Assembly (NCBI GenBank): GCA_036495095.1
Contig: DASXNK010000196.1
Coordinates: 11,472 to 75,471, forward strand
Direction of reading: 5' to 3'
Origin: Candidatus Dormiibacterota bacterium
GTDB lineage: Bacteria; Chloroflexota; Dormibacteria; Aeolococcales; Aeolococcaceae
DNA: 64,000 nucleotides
The notes below the pieces were generated by a model, which was given only the letters and a program-made list of their open reading frames with translations, made no database searches and had not been told where the DNA came from. How positions within the stretch are numbered: the first letter of the stretch is position 1; each line of letters opens with the position of its first letter. This document shows positions 9,861 to 19,974 of the stretch, one piece after another. The position numbers were made by a program, and so were the translations under genes.

Positions 9861-10365
9861 CGGCTCGGGGATTCACGCCGTCGCGGCGGCATCCCCGGAC
9901 GACCCGGGGTCGATGCGCCGTGCGTCCCTGCACGCGCTGAGCCTCACCGGCCTCTGCTGGCCGTTCGCGAGCCTGGTGGTCGCTGCGGGCGTGGTCGCCA
10001 CCGGCCGGTGGGACGGCGGATACGTGATCGCCCTGGCCCGCTTCATGGCGGACGAGGCGGGGGTGGGAAGCTGCTATGTCATGGTCGCGCTCGCCGGTGC
10101 GGTCGGCTACGCCCTGGCGCAGCAGCGCCACCCGGTGCTGCGCCAGGGGTTCGTGGAGTCGCAGATCTTCGCGGCCGTCATCTTCGGCGCGGCCACCGGT
10201 GCGGCCCTGCTCGCCCGCGCGGCGGTCACCGCCGCCGGGCTCGGGCTCGACTCTCCGCGATCGCTGCTGGTGCTCCTGCCCGTCAAGGTCGCGGCCGCGG
10301 CCGCTGCCGCGGCGTACGTCTACCCGCTCTACCTCCGCTACCGGTCCTCCGACCGTCGACCCTGA
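9841..10365 (+). CDS. Hypothetical integral membrane protein (start uncertain, possibly the internal Met near 9910)
   Basis: Hydrophobic helices (LCWPFASLVVAAGVVATG..., VMVALAGAVGYALA..., IFAAVIFGAATGAALLA...). No known motif. Confidence 0.4.
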   Translation: MASPPPDGSGIHAVAAASPDDPGSMRRASLHALSLTGLCWPFASLVVAAGVVATGRWDGGYVIALARFMADEAGVGSCYVMVALAGAVGYALAQQRHPVLRQGFVESQIFAAVIFGAATGAALLARAAVTAAGLGLDSPRSLLVLLPVKVAAAAAAAAYVYPLYLRYRSSDRRP

Positions 10366-10498
10366 GCGGGCCGCTCCCGACGGTACCTGAATCTCCAGCA
10401 GCGGGCGCGACCGGTGGCCATTCACGGTTGTCATCGTGTCATCAGCGGCGCTTTTCGCCGGCAGCGCCCATCGTCCCCGCACATGAATCGATCGGTTC

Positions 10499-12133
10499 TT
10501 GTCATCGCCCCCGATGCCGTCCCGGGCGAGTGGCGCGTGTAGGATCGATTCCGACGTGATCGAGGAGTGTCGTCCGCGACCGAGCGATGCAGGGGCCACC
10601 GTGCGCGGAGACCGGCCGCCATCGCAGTTCACCGGGCTCCCGCCGCGCTGGGTGAAGGTGGTGGACCAGACGCGATGCATCGGATGCCACGCCTGCACCA
10701 CCGCCTGCAAGTCGGAGAACGCGGTGCCGCTCTCCGTGACCCGAACCTACGTGAAGAGCGTCGACGTGGGGCTCTTCCCACAGGTCCGGCGCAGCTTCCA
10801 GGTGACCCGATGCAATCAGTGCGACGACGCGCCGTGCGTCGCCGCCTGCCCGACCGCGGCGATGTTCCAACGCGCTGACGGCATCGTCGACTTCGACAAG
10901 TCCGCGTGCATCGGCTGCAAGGCGTGCATGGCCGCGTGTCCGTATGACGCCATCTTCATCAACCCCGAGGATCACTCCGCGGAGAAGTGCAACCTCTGCG
11001 CTCACCGTCTGGACGTCGGCCTGGAGCCGGCCTGCGTGGTGGTGTGTCCCGTCGAGGCCATCCTCGTCGGCGACATCAACGATCCCGTCTCACGGGTGTC
11101 GGAGATCGTGCACCGCGACGCCGTCGCCGTGCGGCGGCCGGAGAAGGGCACCCGGCCCAAGCTCTTCTACAGGGGCGCCCACCAGGCGACCCTCGACCCG
11201 ATCGCGGCCCGCCGCCCCAGCGGGGGCATCTTCGCCTGGAGCGAGCAGAGGGGTCCGGTGGTGTCGGGCCATCCAGGCGGTCACAACTCGTCGGCGTCGG
11301 CGGTTCTGTCGTACGACATCGGGCATGCGCTCCCCTGGGGCTGGCGCGTCAGCCTGTACACCTGGACCAAGGGTGTCGCCGCCGGCGCCTACCTGCTGCC
11401 ACTCCTGCTGGTGTGGAGTGGCCGGCTCGCCGACTCCAGCCCGCTCTGGCGCTGGGCCGCCCCGATCGTGAGCGGGATGTTCCTCGCCATCACCGGGGTG
11501 CTGCTGATCTGGGACCTCAAGCATCCGCGGCGCTTCCACTACATCTTCCTGCGCCCGCAGTGGCGCAGCTGGCTGGTGCGCGGATCGTTCGTGATCGCCG
11601 CCTACAGCCTCGTCCTCGGGCTCGACGCAGTCGCCGGGATCGCGGGCAGCACGGCGATGGAGCGCACGCTCGCGATCGCCGGGGCGCCGCTGGCGGCGAT
11701 GACCGCGATCTACACCGCGTACCTGTTCGCACAGGCGAGGGCTCGAGACCTGTGGCAGAGCCCGCTGCTCCCGCCGCATCTCCTCGTGCAGGCGCTGCTC
11801 GTCGGCGCAGCCGTGCTGCTGCCGGTGGCCGCCATCTGGGACGGGACGGCGGTGACCCCGCTGAGCTGGGTGCTCGCCGGCACCGCGGTCCTCCATCTGC
11901 TGCTCGTGGGCGGCGAGACGACGCTGAGCCACGGCACCGCCCACGCTCACCTCGCCGTCCACGAGATGACCCGGGGCCGCCAGGCGCGCTTCTTCTGGAG
12001 CGGGGTCGGTCTCATCGCCATCGCCCTGCTGGCGCCGGTCCTCGGCGTCGCCGCCGTCCCCTTCGCGGCGCTCGGGCTGCTCGCCCACGAGCACGCATTC
12101 GTCGAGGCCGGGCAGTCGGTTCCGCTCGCGTGA
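10499..12133 (+). CDS. Fused 4Fe-4S ferredoxin subunit (DmsB/NrfC/PsrB-like, four Cys clusters) and NrfD/PsrC-like polytopic membrane anchor
   Basis: N-terminal half carries four CxxCxxCxxxCP-type clusters (CIGCHACTTACK, CNQCDDAPCVAACP, CIGCKACMAACP, CNLCAHRLDVGLEPACVVVCP). C-terminal half has about 8 TM helices. Start could instead be the GTG at 10553 or 10603. Confidence 0.7.
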   Translation: MSSPPMPSRASGACRIDSDVIEECRPRPSDAGATVRGDRPPSQFTGLPPRWVKVVDQTRCIGCHACTTACKSENAVPLSVTRTYVKSVDVGLFPQVRRSFQVTRCNQCDDAPCVAACPTAAMFQRADGIVDFDKSACIGCKACMAACPYDAIFINPEDHSAEKCNLCAHRLDVGLEPACVVVCPVEAILVGDINDPVSRVSEIVHRDAVAVRRPEKGTRPKLFYRGAHQATLDPIAARRPSGGIFAWSEQRGPVVSGHPGGHNSSASAVLSYDIGHALPWGWRVSLYTWTKGVAAGAYLLPLLLVWSGRLADSSPLWRWAAPIVSGMFLAITGVLLIWDLKHPRRFHYIFLRPQWRSWLVRGSFVIAAYSLVLGLDAVAGIAGSTAMERTLAIAGAPLAAMTAIYTAYLFAQARARDLWQSPLLPPHLLVQALLVGAAVLLPVAAIWDGTAVTPLSWVLAGTAVLHLLLVGGETTLSHGTAHAHLAVHEMTRGRQARFFWSGVGLIAIALLAPVLGVAAVPFAALGLLAHEHAFVEAGQSVPLA

Positions 12134-12134
12134 G

Positions 12135-15077
12135 GTGACCCGTATGGATCTGCGTCGCATCGCCGCGCGTGTCAGCGCCGCCCGACAGGACGTCGAGGCC
12201 CGGGGTGAGACCTTCTATCCCGGGCCCAGCCGTGTCCACCTCGCCGCGTACCCGCCCAGGGAGCGGTGGGACAACTGGGTGGAGCTGGAGTCGCGCGCCT
12301 GGCCGCGGCGCGAGGAGCACCGGTACATGCTGGTGCCGACCACCTGCTTCAACTGCGAATCGGCCTGCGGGCTGCTCGCCTACGTCGATCGCGACACCCT
12401 GCAGGTGCGCAAGTTCGAGGGCAACCCCGAGCATCCGGGATCGCGCGGCCGCAACTGCGCCAAGGGTCCCGCCACCCTCAACCAGGTCACCGATCCCGAC
12501 CGCATCCTCCAGCCGCTGCGGCGGGCCGGGGCGCGGGGGGAGGGGCGGTGGGAGCAGGTCGGCTGGGACGAGGTGCTCGACGACATCGCCGGCCGGATCC
12601 GGACCGCGATCCTCGACGGCCGCAACAACGAGATCATGTACCACATCGGCCGCCCCGGTGAGGACGGCTACACCGAGCGCGTCCTCGCGGCCTGGGGCGT
12701 CGACGGTCACAACTCGCACACCAACATCTGCAGCAGCGGCGGCCGGGCGGGCTACCACTACTGGATGGGCATCGACCGCCCCAGCCCCGACCACGCCAAC
12801 GCCCGCGTCATCCTGCTGATCAGCGCCCATCTCGAGGCGGGGCACTACTTCAACCCCCATGCGCAGCGGATCATGGAGGCGAAGGAGCGGGGTGCGAAGC
12901 TGGTCGTCGTCGACGTCCGTCTCTCCAACACGGCGACCCATGCCGACCACTGGCTGGCACCGCATCCGGGAAGCGAGGCGGCGATGCTGCTCGCCATCGC
13001 AAACCACATCATCCAGACGGGTGCCTACGACCGCGAGTTCGTGCGCCGCTGGTGGAACTGGCAGGAGTTCCTGACCCATGAGCACCCCGAGCTCGAGCCC
13101 ACGTTCGAGATCTTCGAGCAGCGGCTGCGCCTGCTCTACGCGGACCATACCCTCGAGTCCGCCGCCGCGGAGTCCGGGCTCGACGCCGGCGTGCTCCGGC
13201 GGGTGGCGGAGCTGGTCGCCGGCGCGGGCACCCGGCTGTCCACCCACACCTGGCGATCGGCGACGGCGGGCAACCTGGGCGGCTGGCAGGTGTCACGCTG
13301 CCTCTTCCTGCTCAACGCGCTGCTCGGTGCGGTCGCCACCGAGGGCGGAACATATCCCAACACCTGGAACAAGTTCGTCCCCCGTCCGATCCACATGCCC
13401 CCCCACCCGCAGGGGTGGAACCAACTGACCTGGCCGGAGGAATTCCCGCTCTCCAACAACGAGATGTCCTTCCTGTTGCCGCAGTTCCTCAAGGACGGCC
13501 GGGGGACCCTCGACGTCTACTTCTCGCGCGTCTACAACCCGGTGTGGACGAACCCGGACGGCTTCAGCTGGATGGAGGTCCTCACCGACGAGCGCCTGGT
13601 CGGTCTCCACGTCGCGCTCACTCCGACCTGGAACGAGACCGCCTTCCTCGCCGACTACGTCCTGCCGATGGGCCATGCGTCCGAACGGCACGACCTCCAC
13701 TCCTACGAGACCCACGACGCCCGCTGGCTGGGCTTCCGCCAGCCGGTGCTGCGGGCCGCGCGCGAGCGGCTTGGCGAGACCGTGAGCGACACCCGGGAGG
13801 TCAACCCGGGTGGGGTCTGGGAGGAGAACGAGTTCCTGATCGAGCTGAGCTGGCGGATCGACCCGGACGGCACCATGGGCATCCGCCGGCACTTCGAGTC
13901 GCGGCAGCACCCCGGGCAGAGGCTGGGCGTCGACGAGTACTACGCACACATCTTCGAGACGTCGGTCCCCGGCCTCCCCGAGAGGGCGGCGGCCGAGGGA
14001 CGCACGCCGCTGCAGTACATGCGCCAGTACGGTGCCTTCGAGGTCGAGCGCGGCATCGGACCGCTGCACGAGCAGGAGGTGCCCGCGGCGGAGCTGGCCG
14101 ACCTGCGCGTCTCGGACGGTGGCCGGGTCTACACCGGGGCGCCGAAGCCGGAGGCGGTGAACCTGGCGCCGGAGGGCGTTCCCGACGGTGACGGCGAGGG
14201 CCGGCGTCCGGTCGGGGTGCGGATCGACGGCCGCATCCTGCGGGGCTTCCCCACACCGAGCGGGCGGCTCGAGTTCTACTCCCGAACCCTGGCCGACTGG
14301 GGCTGGCCGGAGTACGCGATCCCCACGTACATCCGGAGCCACGTCCACCCGGGCCGGCTCGCACCCGACCAGGTGGTGCTGCTGTCCACCTTCCGCCTCC
14401 CGACCCAGATCCACACCCGCAGCGCCAACGCCAAGTGGCTCGACGAGATCGCCCACACCAACCCGCTCTGGCTGCACCCCGTCGACGGCGACCGGCTCGG
14501 GGGCATCGCGACCGGGGACCTGGTGCGGGTGGAGACCGAGATCGGGTATTTCGTTCTCAAGGCGTGGGTCACCGAGGGAATCCGGCCGGGCGTGGTTGCC
14601 TGCAGCCATCACATGGGCCGGTGGAAGGTGCAGGAACAGGGCGTGCGGGCGATGATGGCGACGGTCTCCCTCGACCACGAGGGCTCGAGCTGGGCGATGC
14701 GGCGCGTCGCCGGGGTCGGCCCCTACCGGTCGAGTGACCCGGACACCCGTCGCATCTGGTGGACGGACGTCGGCGTCCATCAGAACCTCACCTTCCCCGT
14801 GCACCCGGACCCGATCTCGGGGATGCACTGCTGGCACCAGGCTGTCCGGGTCCGCCGTGCCGAGGCCGGCGACCGGTACGGCGACATCAGCGTCGACACC
14901 GCCAGGTCACGGGACGTCTACCGTCGCTGGATGCAGGGCACCCGGGCGGCGTCCGGCCATTCGCCCGACGGCACCCGCCGGCCCCACTGGCTGATCCGGC
15001 CACTGCGGCCCGGACGTGACGGCTACCTCCTCCCCGACGCCGCCCGGCGCCGGCCGGTGCCGGACGGGGCGCCGTAG
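12135..15077 (+). CDS. Molybdopterin (bis-MGD) oxidoreductase catalytic subunit, DMSO-reductase superfamily (Psr/Ttr/arsenate-reductase-like branch)
   Basis: 980 aa. N-terminal 4Fe-4S motif (CFNCESACGL...CAKG) and multiple MopB-like segments. GTG start 1 nt after the upstream stop. No obvious twin-arginine signal peptide (RRIAARVSAA lacks a hydrophobic core). Confidence 0.75.
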   Translation: MTRMDLRRIAARVSAARQDVEARGETFYPGPSRVHLAAYPPRERWDNWVELESRAWPRREEHRYMLVPTTCFNCESACGLLAYVDRDTLQVRKFEGNPEHPGSRGRNCAKGPATLNQVTDPDRILQPLRRAGARGEGRWEQVGWDEVLDDIAGRIRTAILDGRNNEIMYHIGRPGEDGYTERVLAAWGVDGHNSHTNICSSGGRAGYHYWMGIDRPSPDHANARVILLISAHLEAGHYFNPHAQRIMEAKERGAKLVVVDVRLSNTATHADHWLAPHPGSEAAMLLAIANHIIQTGAYDREFVRRWWNWQEFLTHEHPELEPTFEIFEQRLRLLYADHTLESAAAESGLDAGVLRRVAELVAGAGTRLSTHTWRSATAGNLGGWQVSRCLFLLNALLGAVATEGGTYPNTWNKFVPRPIHMPPHPQGWNQLTWPEEFPLSNNEMSFLLPQFLKDGRGTLDVYFSRVYNPVWTNPDGFSWMEVLTDERLVGLHVALTPTWNETAFLADYVLPMGHASERHDLHSYETHDARWLGFRQPVLRAARERLGETVSDTREVNPGGVWEENEFLIELSWRIDPDGTMGIRRHFESRQHPGQRLGVDEYYAHIFETSVPGLPERAAAEGRTPLQYMRQYGAFEVERGIGPLHEQEVPAAELADLRVSDGGRVYTGAPKPEAVNLAPEGVPDGDGEGRRPVGVRIDGRILRGFPTPSGRLEFYSRTLADWGWPEYAIPTYIRSHVHPGRLAPDQVVLLSTFRLPTQIHTRSANAKWLDEIAHTNPLWLHPVDGDRLGGIATGDLVRVETEIGYFVLKAWVTEGIRPGVVACSHHMGRWKVQEQGVRAMMATVSLDHEGSSWAMRRVAGVGPYRSSDPDTRRIWWTDVGVHQNLTFPVHPDPISGMHCWHQAVRVRRAEAGDRYGDISVDTARSRDVYRRWMQGTRAASGHSPDGTRRPHWLIRPLRPGRDGYLLPDAARRRPVPDGAP

Positions 15078-15078
15078 C

Positions 15079-15933
15079 GTGGAGCTGGTGAGGGCGCTGG
15101 CGACGCTGGTGGAGCCGCCCTCGGCGGATCGCCGCGCACTCGAGCATGCGCTCGGCCTGGCCGCGCCGCCCTCTGCCGAGGAGCACACCGACCTCTTCGT
15201 CCTGCAGCTGCCGCCCTACGCCTCGATCTACCTCGGCGAGGAGGGGATGATCGGAGGCGACGCACGCGACCGCGTCGCCGGGTTCTGGCGGGCGCTCCGT
15301 CTGCTCCCCCCCGCCGAGCCCGACCACCTCACGGCGCTCCTCGGCCTCTACGCCACCGTGGGCGAGCTCGCCGAGACCGAGACCGAGCCGGCGCGGCGTG
15401 TCCTCGCGGAGCGCGCGGGCGCGGCGCTCTTCTGGGAGCACCTGGCGAGCTGGCTCCCCGTCTACCTGCTGCGCGTCGGCGAACTCGGCGCCGGGCCCCA
15501 CCGGCGGTGGGCGGCGCTGCTGGGGGCTGTCCTCGCAGCGGATGCGGAGCGGTGGGGACCGCCCGACTCCATCCCGGCGCACCTCCGTGAGAGCACCGCG
15601 CTGGTGGACGAGGACCTGGACCGCGAGCGCATCGTCCGCGCCGTGCTCAGCCCCGTGCGCAGCGGCCTTGTCCTCACCCGCGCCGACCTGGGGCGGGCGG
15701 CGCGCGACCTCGGCCTGGGGCTGCGCCTCGGAGAGCGTGCCTTCGTGGTGAGGACGCTCATCGACCAGGACGCCAGGTCCGTGGTGCGCTGGCTCGCCGG
15801 TGAGGCGCGGCGGCAGGCTGGAGGTCATCGTGGCCTCGCCGCGCCGCTGCAGCCGCTGGTGAGGCTGTGGCGGGAGCGCGCGGAGTCGTCCGCATGCCGG
15901 CTGCTGCGGCTGGTCGGGGACCGCACCGCATGA
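15079..15933 (+). CDS. TorD/DmsD/NarJ-family redox-enzyme maturation chaperone
   Basis: GTG at 15079 directly after the TAG of the catalytic subunit. Motif EEHTDLFVLQLPPYASIYLGEEG matches the TorD family E-x-T-x-LF...PPYES-Y signature. Confidence 0.55.
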   Translation: MELVRALATLVEPPSADRRALEHALGLAAPPSAEEHTDLFVLQLPPYASIYLGEEGMIGGDARDRVAGFWRALRLLPPAEPDHLTALLGLYATVGELAETETEPARRVLAERAGAALFWEHLASWLPVYLLRVGELGAGPHRRWAALLGAVLAADAERWGPPDSIPAHLRESTALVDEDLDRERIVRAVLSPVRSGLVLTRADLGRAARDLGLGLRLGERAFVVRTLIDQDARSVVRWLAGEARRQAGGHRGLAAPLQPLVRLWRERAESSACRLLRLVGDRTA

Positions 15934-15992
15934 GGGCGGGCAGGGCACACCGCCGGAGCGGGAGCTGAATGTCATGCCAGCCGAGGACCGGC

Positions 15993-16649
15993 ATGCCCGA
16001 TCCCCTGCGGGTCCTGATCGCCGACGATCACCATGTCGTCCGACGTGGACTGGCCATGATCCTTCAGGTCGAGGCCGGCGTCGACGTCGTCGGTGAGGCG
16101 TGCAACGGCCAGGAGGCGGTGGAGATGGCGCTGCGGCTCCTCCCCGACCTGGTCCTCCTCGACGTCCGGATGCCCGGCCGCGACGGCGTGCAGGCGGCGC
16201 AGATCATCAAGCAGCGGGCGCCATCGGTGCGCATCCTCATGCTCACCGGGATCATCCCGTCGCAGGCGACGATGACGATCTTCCAGGGCGCTGCCGACGG
16301 CTACATCCTGAAGGATGCCAGCCCACCGGAACTGCTCGACGCGATGCGCTGCGTGGCCGGCGGCAAGCCGTACCTCCAACCGTCGATCATCCGGCAGCTC
16401 TTCGGCGCCGTCACGCCCGAGGTTGAGCAGGCGGAGACCCTCCTCGGTCCCGCCCTCACCGCGCGGGAGATCGACGTCCTGCGGCTGATGGCTGGCGGTC
16501 ACACGAATCGCGAGATCGCCAGCCGCCTCTCAATCGGGGAGGAGACGGTGCGCACTCACGTGAAGCACATCCTCCACAAGCTGGATGCGTCCAGCCGAAC
16601 CCACGCCGTCAATGCCGCCATCCGCGCCGGCCTGCTCGAACTCGGCTGA
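15993..16649 (+). CDS. NarL/FixJ (LuxR-type) two-component response regulator; no histidine kinase gene adjacent
   Basis: Receiver domain ([16 protein letters not shown]...[14 protein letters not shown]...[13 protein letters not shown]) plus C-terminal LuxR HTH ([40 protein letters not shown]). Confidence 0.85.
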   Translation: MPDPLRVLIADDHHVVRRGLAMILQVEAGVDVVGEACNGQEAVEMALRLLPDLVLLDVRMPGRDGVQAAQIIKQRAPSVRILMLTGIIPSQATMTIFQGAADGYILKDASPPELLDAMRCVAGGKPYLQPSIIRQLFGAVTPEVEQAETLLGPALTAREIDVLRLMAGGHTNREIASRLSIGEETVRTHVKHILHKLDASSRTHAVNAAIRAGLLELG

Positions 16650-19083
16650 CGCCGCTCAGGGGACCGTCGCCCCGGTCCGACGAACCAGCGTCCGTCGATG
16701 CGAGCGCATTGGATCCCGAACACCACGAACCGGTGGCTCCAGCGGCCCGCTGACTCGCGGCCGAGGTGATCGGCCTGTCGTCCACCGACCGCCGACCGAA
16801 GCGCCGCAACCGGAGTGCGTTGAGAACCACGCTGACCGAGCTGAAGGCCATGGCCAGAGCGGCGCAGATCGGCGGCAGGACGTTGGCCACGGCGAGAGGC
16901 ACGAGCAGGACGTTGTAGCCGAACGCCCAGGCGAGGTTCTGGCGGATGGTGCGGAGGGTGGCCCGGGAGAGCGCGATGGCCGAGCCGACCGCCTCGATAT
17001 CACCGTGGACCAGGGTGATGTCCGCCGCCTCCATCGCAACCCCGGTGCCCGCGCCGATGGCGATGCCGACGTCGGCGAGCGCCAGCGCGGGGGCGTCGTT
17101 GATGCCGTCGCCCACCATGGCGACCGTGCCGAAGCGACGCTTGAGGTCACTGACCAGGATCGACTTGTCCTCGGGCCGGAGCTCCGCGTGCACCTCGTCG
17201 ATGCCCACCTGCCGGGCGATCGCCCTGGCGGTGGCCTCGAGGTCGCCGCTGGCGAGCACGATGTGGAGGCCGAGCCGGCGGAGTCGGGCGATACCGGCAG
17301 CCGCACCCGCCCGCAGCGGGTCGGCGACCGCCAGGACGAGGCGCATCTCGGTGCCAACCGCCACGCCGACCGGGGTGTGCGCCCGCTCGGCCATCTCGGT
17401 GGCGGCTGCCTGTGCCGTCGGCGAGGTCATTCCATGCTCCCCGAGCCAGCGAAGTGACCCGACGAACACCTCGGCGTCACCGACCAGGCCGCGCACGCCG
17501 CCACCGGGGACCGCCTCGACGAGGCGAGCCTCCGGGAGCGAGCCGGCCTCTCGACCGCGACCGACGATCGCCCGCGCAAGCGGGTGCTCGGACGCCTGCT
17601 CGATGGCGGCCGCGAGCAGGAGAGAGGAGGAGACGTCGGCGTCTCCCACGGGGATGACCGCCACCACCTCGGGCCGACCCAGGGTGAGCGTGCCGGTCTT
17701 GTCGAACACGATCGCCCGCAGCCCGTGGATGCGCTCGAGTGCATCACCGCCGCGGACCAGCAGGCCCATCTCGGCGCCACGCCCCGTGCCCACCATGATG
17801 GCCACCGGCGTGGCCAGTCCCAGCGCACAGGGGCAGGCGACGACCAGCACCGCGACCGCGGGGATGATGGCGCCGATGACGGTGTGGCCGGTGAGCAGCC
17901 AGCCAGCGAAGGTGGCAGCGGCCACGACCAGGATGGCGGGGACGAAGAGCGCGGAGACGCGATCGGCCAGTCGCTGCGCCGGCGCCTTCTCAGCCTGGGC
18001 GCGCTCGACGAGGTGGAGGATCTGGGCAAGCACCGTGTCCGAGCCAACCCGGGTCACCCGGACGACCAGCGGCTGGTTGCCGTTCACGCTGGCGCCGACC
18101 ACCTCGTCGCCGGCACCCCTGCTGACGGGCAGGCTCTCGCCGGTGAGCATCGACTCGTCGAGGCTGCCGGTCCCCTCGAGCACGGCTCCGTCGGTGGGGA
18201 CACGCTCTCCCGGGCGGATCAGGACCACATCACCGATCCTCAGGCTCTCGACGGGGATGTCCACCGACGAGCTGCTGCCGACCCGGGCCTCCGCCCACTC
18301 CGCCCTGGCGAGGAGGTGGGCGACCCGCGGCTGGAGACCCGCGAGCACTTCGATGGCGTCGCCGGCCCGGCCGCGCGCGACGATCTCGAGCAGCTTGCCC
18401 ACCGAGATCAGGGTGATGATCAGCGCGGCGACGTCGTAGTACGTCATCGCGGTCGCCATCGACATCCCCGGCATCTGGTTCGGTGGAAACAGGGTGACGG
18501 CAGCCGAGTAGACGAAGGCGACCGTGGCGCCCAGGGATACCAGGGTGTCCATGTTGGCCGACCGGTGGCGCGCGGTCCGCAGTGCCCCACGATGGAAGGT
18601 CCAGCCGACCCATCCGAAGACGGGGAGAGCAAGCGCCAGCTGGGCGAATTGAGACCAGCGGTCCATGCCGTAGCCGTAGCTGAGCACGAGGATGGCCGCC
18701 GAGAGGACGCCGCCAGCACCGATCTGCCAGAGCCGGTACCGGACGTTCGCCCGACGGCGCGCACGCCGCTGTTCGGCCTCCTCGCCGGCGGGCCGCTGGC
18801 GGGCCAGGAGCCGTCCCTCGTACCCGGCCTCGCGGACCGCCCTCAGGAGGCACTCGGGGTCGATCCCCGGCGCTGCGCTCACCTCGGCGCTCTCGGTGAT
18901 CAGACTGACACTCGCCGCCTCGACGCCGGGCACCGTGGCAAGCGCCCTCTCCACCCGGCGCACGCACGAAGCGCAGGACATTCCCTCCACGCCGATCCCC
19001 ATCCGCGTCGCCGCCTCGTTCACAGCCATGGCCGCACTCACGCCCTCACCCCTCGCCCTGGTCCCCGCACCGGGCATCCCCAT
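16609..19083 (-). CDS. copA: Copper-translocating P1B-type ATPase (CopA/CtpA-like)
   Basis: N-terminal heavy-metal-associated domain ([15 protein letters not shown]). CPC transmembrane metal site ([11 protein letters not shown]). DKTGTLT phosphorylation motif and [10 protein letters not shown] hinge. The true start may be an internal Met around 19030. Confidence 0.9.
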   Translation of the reverse strand: MGMPGAGTRARGEGVSAAMAVNEAATRMGIGVEGMSCASCVRRVERALATVPGVEAASVSLITESAEVSAAPGIDPECLLRAVREAGYEGRLLARQRPAGEEAEQRRARRRANVRYRLWQIGAGGVLSAAILVLSYGYGMDRWSQFAQLALALPVFGWVGWTFHRGALRTARHRSANMDTLVSLGATVAFVYSAAVTLFPPNQMPGMSMATAMTYYDVAALIITLISVGKLLEIVARGRAGDAIEVLAGLQPRVAHLLARAEWAEARVGSSSSVDIPVESLRIGDVVLIRPGERVPTDGAVLEGTGSLDESMLTGESLPVSRGAGDEVVGASVNGNQPLVVRVTRVGSDTVLAQILHLVERAQAEKAPAQRLADRVSALFVPAILVVAAATFAGWLLTGHTVIGAIIPAVAVLVVACPCALGLATPVAIMVGTGRGAEMGLLVRGGDALERIHGLRAIVFDKTGTLTLGRPEVVAVIPVGDADVSSSLLLAAAIEQASEHPLARAIVGRGREAGSLPEARLVEAVPGGGVRGLVGDAEVFVGSLRWLGEHGMTSPTAQAAATEMAERAHTPVGVAVGTEMRLVLAVADPLRAGAAAGIARLRRLGLHIVLASGDLEATARAIARQVGIDEVHAELRPEDKSILVSDLKRRFGTVAMVGDGINDAPALALADVGIAIGAGTGVAMEAADITLVHGDIEAVGSAIALSRATLRTIRQNLAWAFGYNVLLVPLAVANVLPPICAALAMAFSSVSVVLNALRLRRFGRRSVDDRPITSAASQRAAGATGSWCSGSNALASTDAGSSDRGDGPLSGVSRVRAGRRGWRH

Positions 19084-19116
19084 GATCGGACCCCAACCTC
19101 CGTGTCCACCCCAGCG

Positions 19117-19390
19117 TCAGCGGCCGGAGAAGCGGTGGATGGTGGTGATGAGTTCGTCGAGGGCTTCCTCCCCTCTGCCCCCGCCGACGTCATCCACGAC
19201 GCAGTGCCCGATGTGCTCCCGAAGCAGGATGAACCCGATCTTCTCGAGCCCAGCGATCGAGGCACTGAGCTGGGTGAGGACCTCCGGGCAGTAGCGCTCG
19301 TCCTCCACCATCTGCGAGATGCCGCGAATCTGACCCTCGACCCGCCTGAAGCGGGCCAGCATCTCCGCCTTCGAGGCCTGGTACGAGCCC
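19117..19390 (-). CDS. csoR: CsoR/RcnR-family copper-sensing transcriptional repressor
   Basis: GTG at 19390 follows the RBS AAGGAGAAGG. About 91 aa: ...EMLARFRRVEGQIRGISQMVEDERYCPEVLTQLSASIAGLEKIGFILLREHIGHCV... Contains the conserved C-H-C ligand set (YCPEV, GHCV). The upstream 5' extension in the track is not supported. Confidence 0.8.
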
Positions 19391-19440
19391 CTCCGCACCG
19401 TGGTGGCCACAACCTTCTCCTTGGTGGGCCGGGTGTGAAT

Positions 19441-19465
19441 GCAGGTACCCGGCAAGGGTATTGTA
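19441..19465 (-). promoter_or_regulatory. Candidate CsoR operator (inverted repeat TACCC-N5-GGGTA) in the csoR-copA promoter region
   Basis: GGTACCCGGCAAGGGTATTG lies about 55 nt upstream of the csoR start. Known CsoR boxes are GC-rich pseudo-palindromes of the TACCC...GGGTA type. Confidence 0.35.
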
Positions 19466-19606
19466 GCCGGCGCGGGCCGCCGGCGGATCGTCCTGACATT
19501 GACGACCGTGTGAAGGTTTTGTCGAAGCCGGTGCCCGCCGGCGTGGGCCCGCTGATCGGCGGTCGACGTCAGTGACCAGGTCATCGGGACACTCGAGGGC
19601 GAGCGG

Positions 19607-19813
19607 GTGCGTGTCGGCCTGTCCTCCCTGCCCGAGCCGCAGCGGCGGACCCTGGAACTGGCCTACTTCGACGGGTACACCCAGAGTGAGATCGCTGGGC
19701 GGATGGACGTGCCGCTGGGCACGGTCAAGGGCCGGACCCGTGCAGGTCTGATGAGACTGCGGGACCTTCTCGTGACCGACCTGGAGGATGTCGAGGTCCC
19801 CATCCGGGGGTGA
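19607..19813 (+). pseudogene. Fragment of an ECF sigma-70 factor (region 4 / -35-binding HTH only)
   Basis: 68 aa (PEPQRRTLELAYFDGYTQSEIAGRMDVPLGTVKGRTRAGLMRLRDLL) is a textbook sigma-70 region 4. No region 2 ORF lies upstream, so this is a truncated remnant. Confidence 0.6.
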
Positions 19814-19974
19814 CGAGTCCGTCGGCGTCATCCCTGATCTGAACATGGCCGATCCCACGACCCGGCGTGCCCAGCACGGCCGTGGTGTCGGCGTCGCGTG
19901 TGCAAGCCACGGCGTCGACCGGTAGGATGCGCCCGGCGGGCGATCCGTGGCAGGGCGTCAGTGGGAGATGCAAC

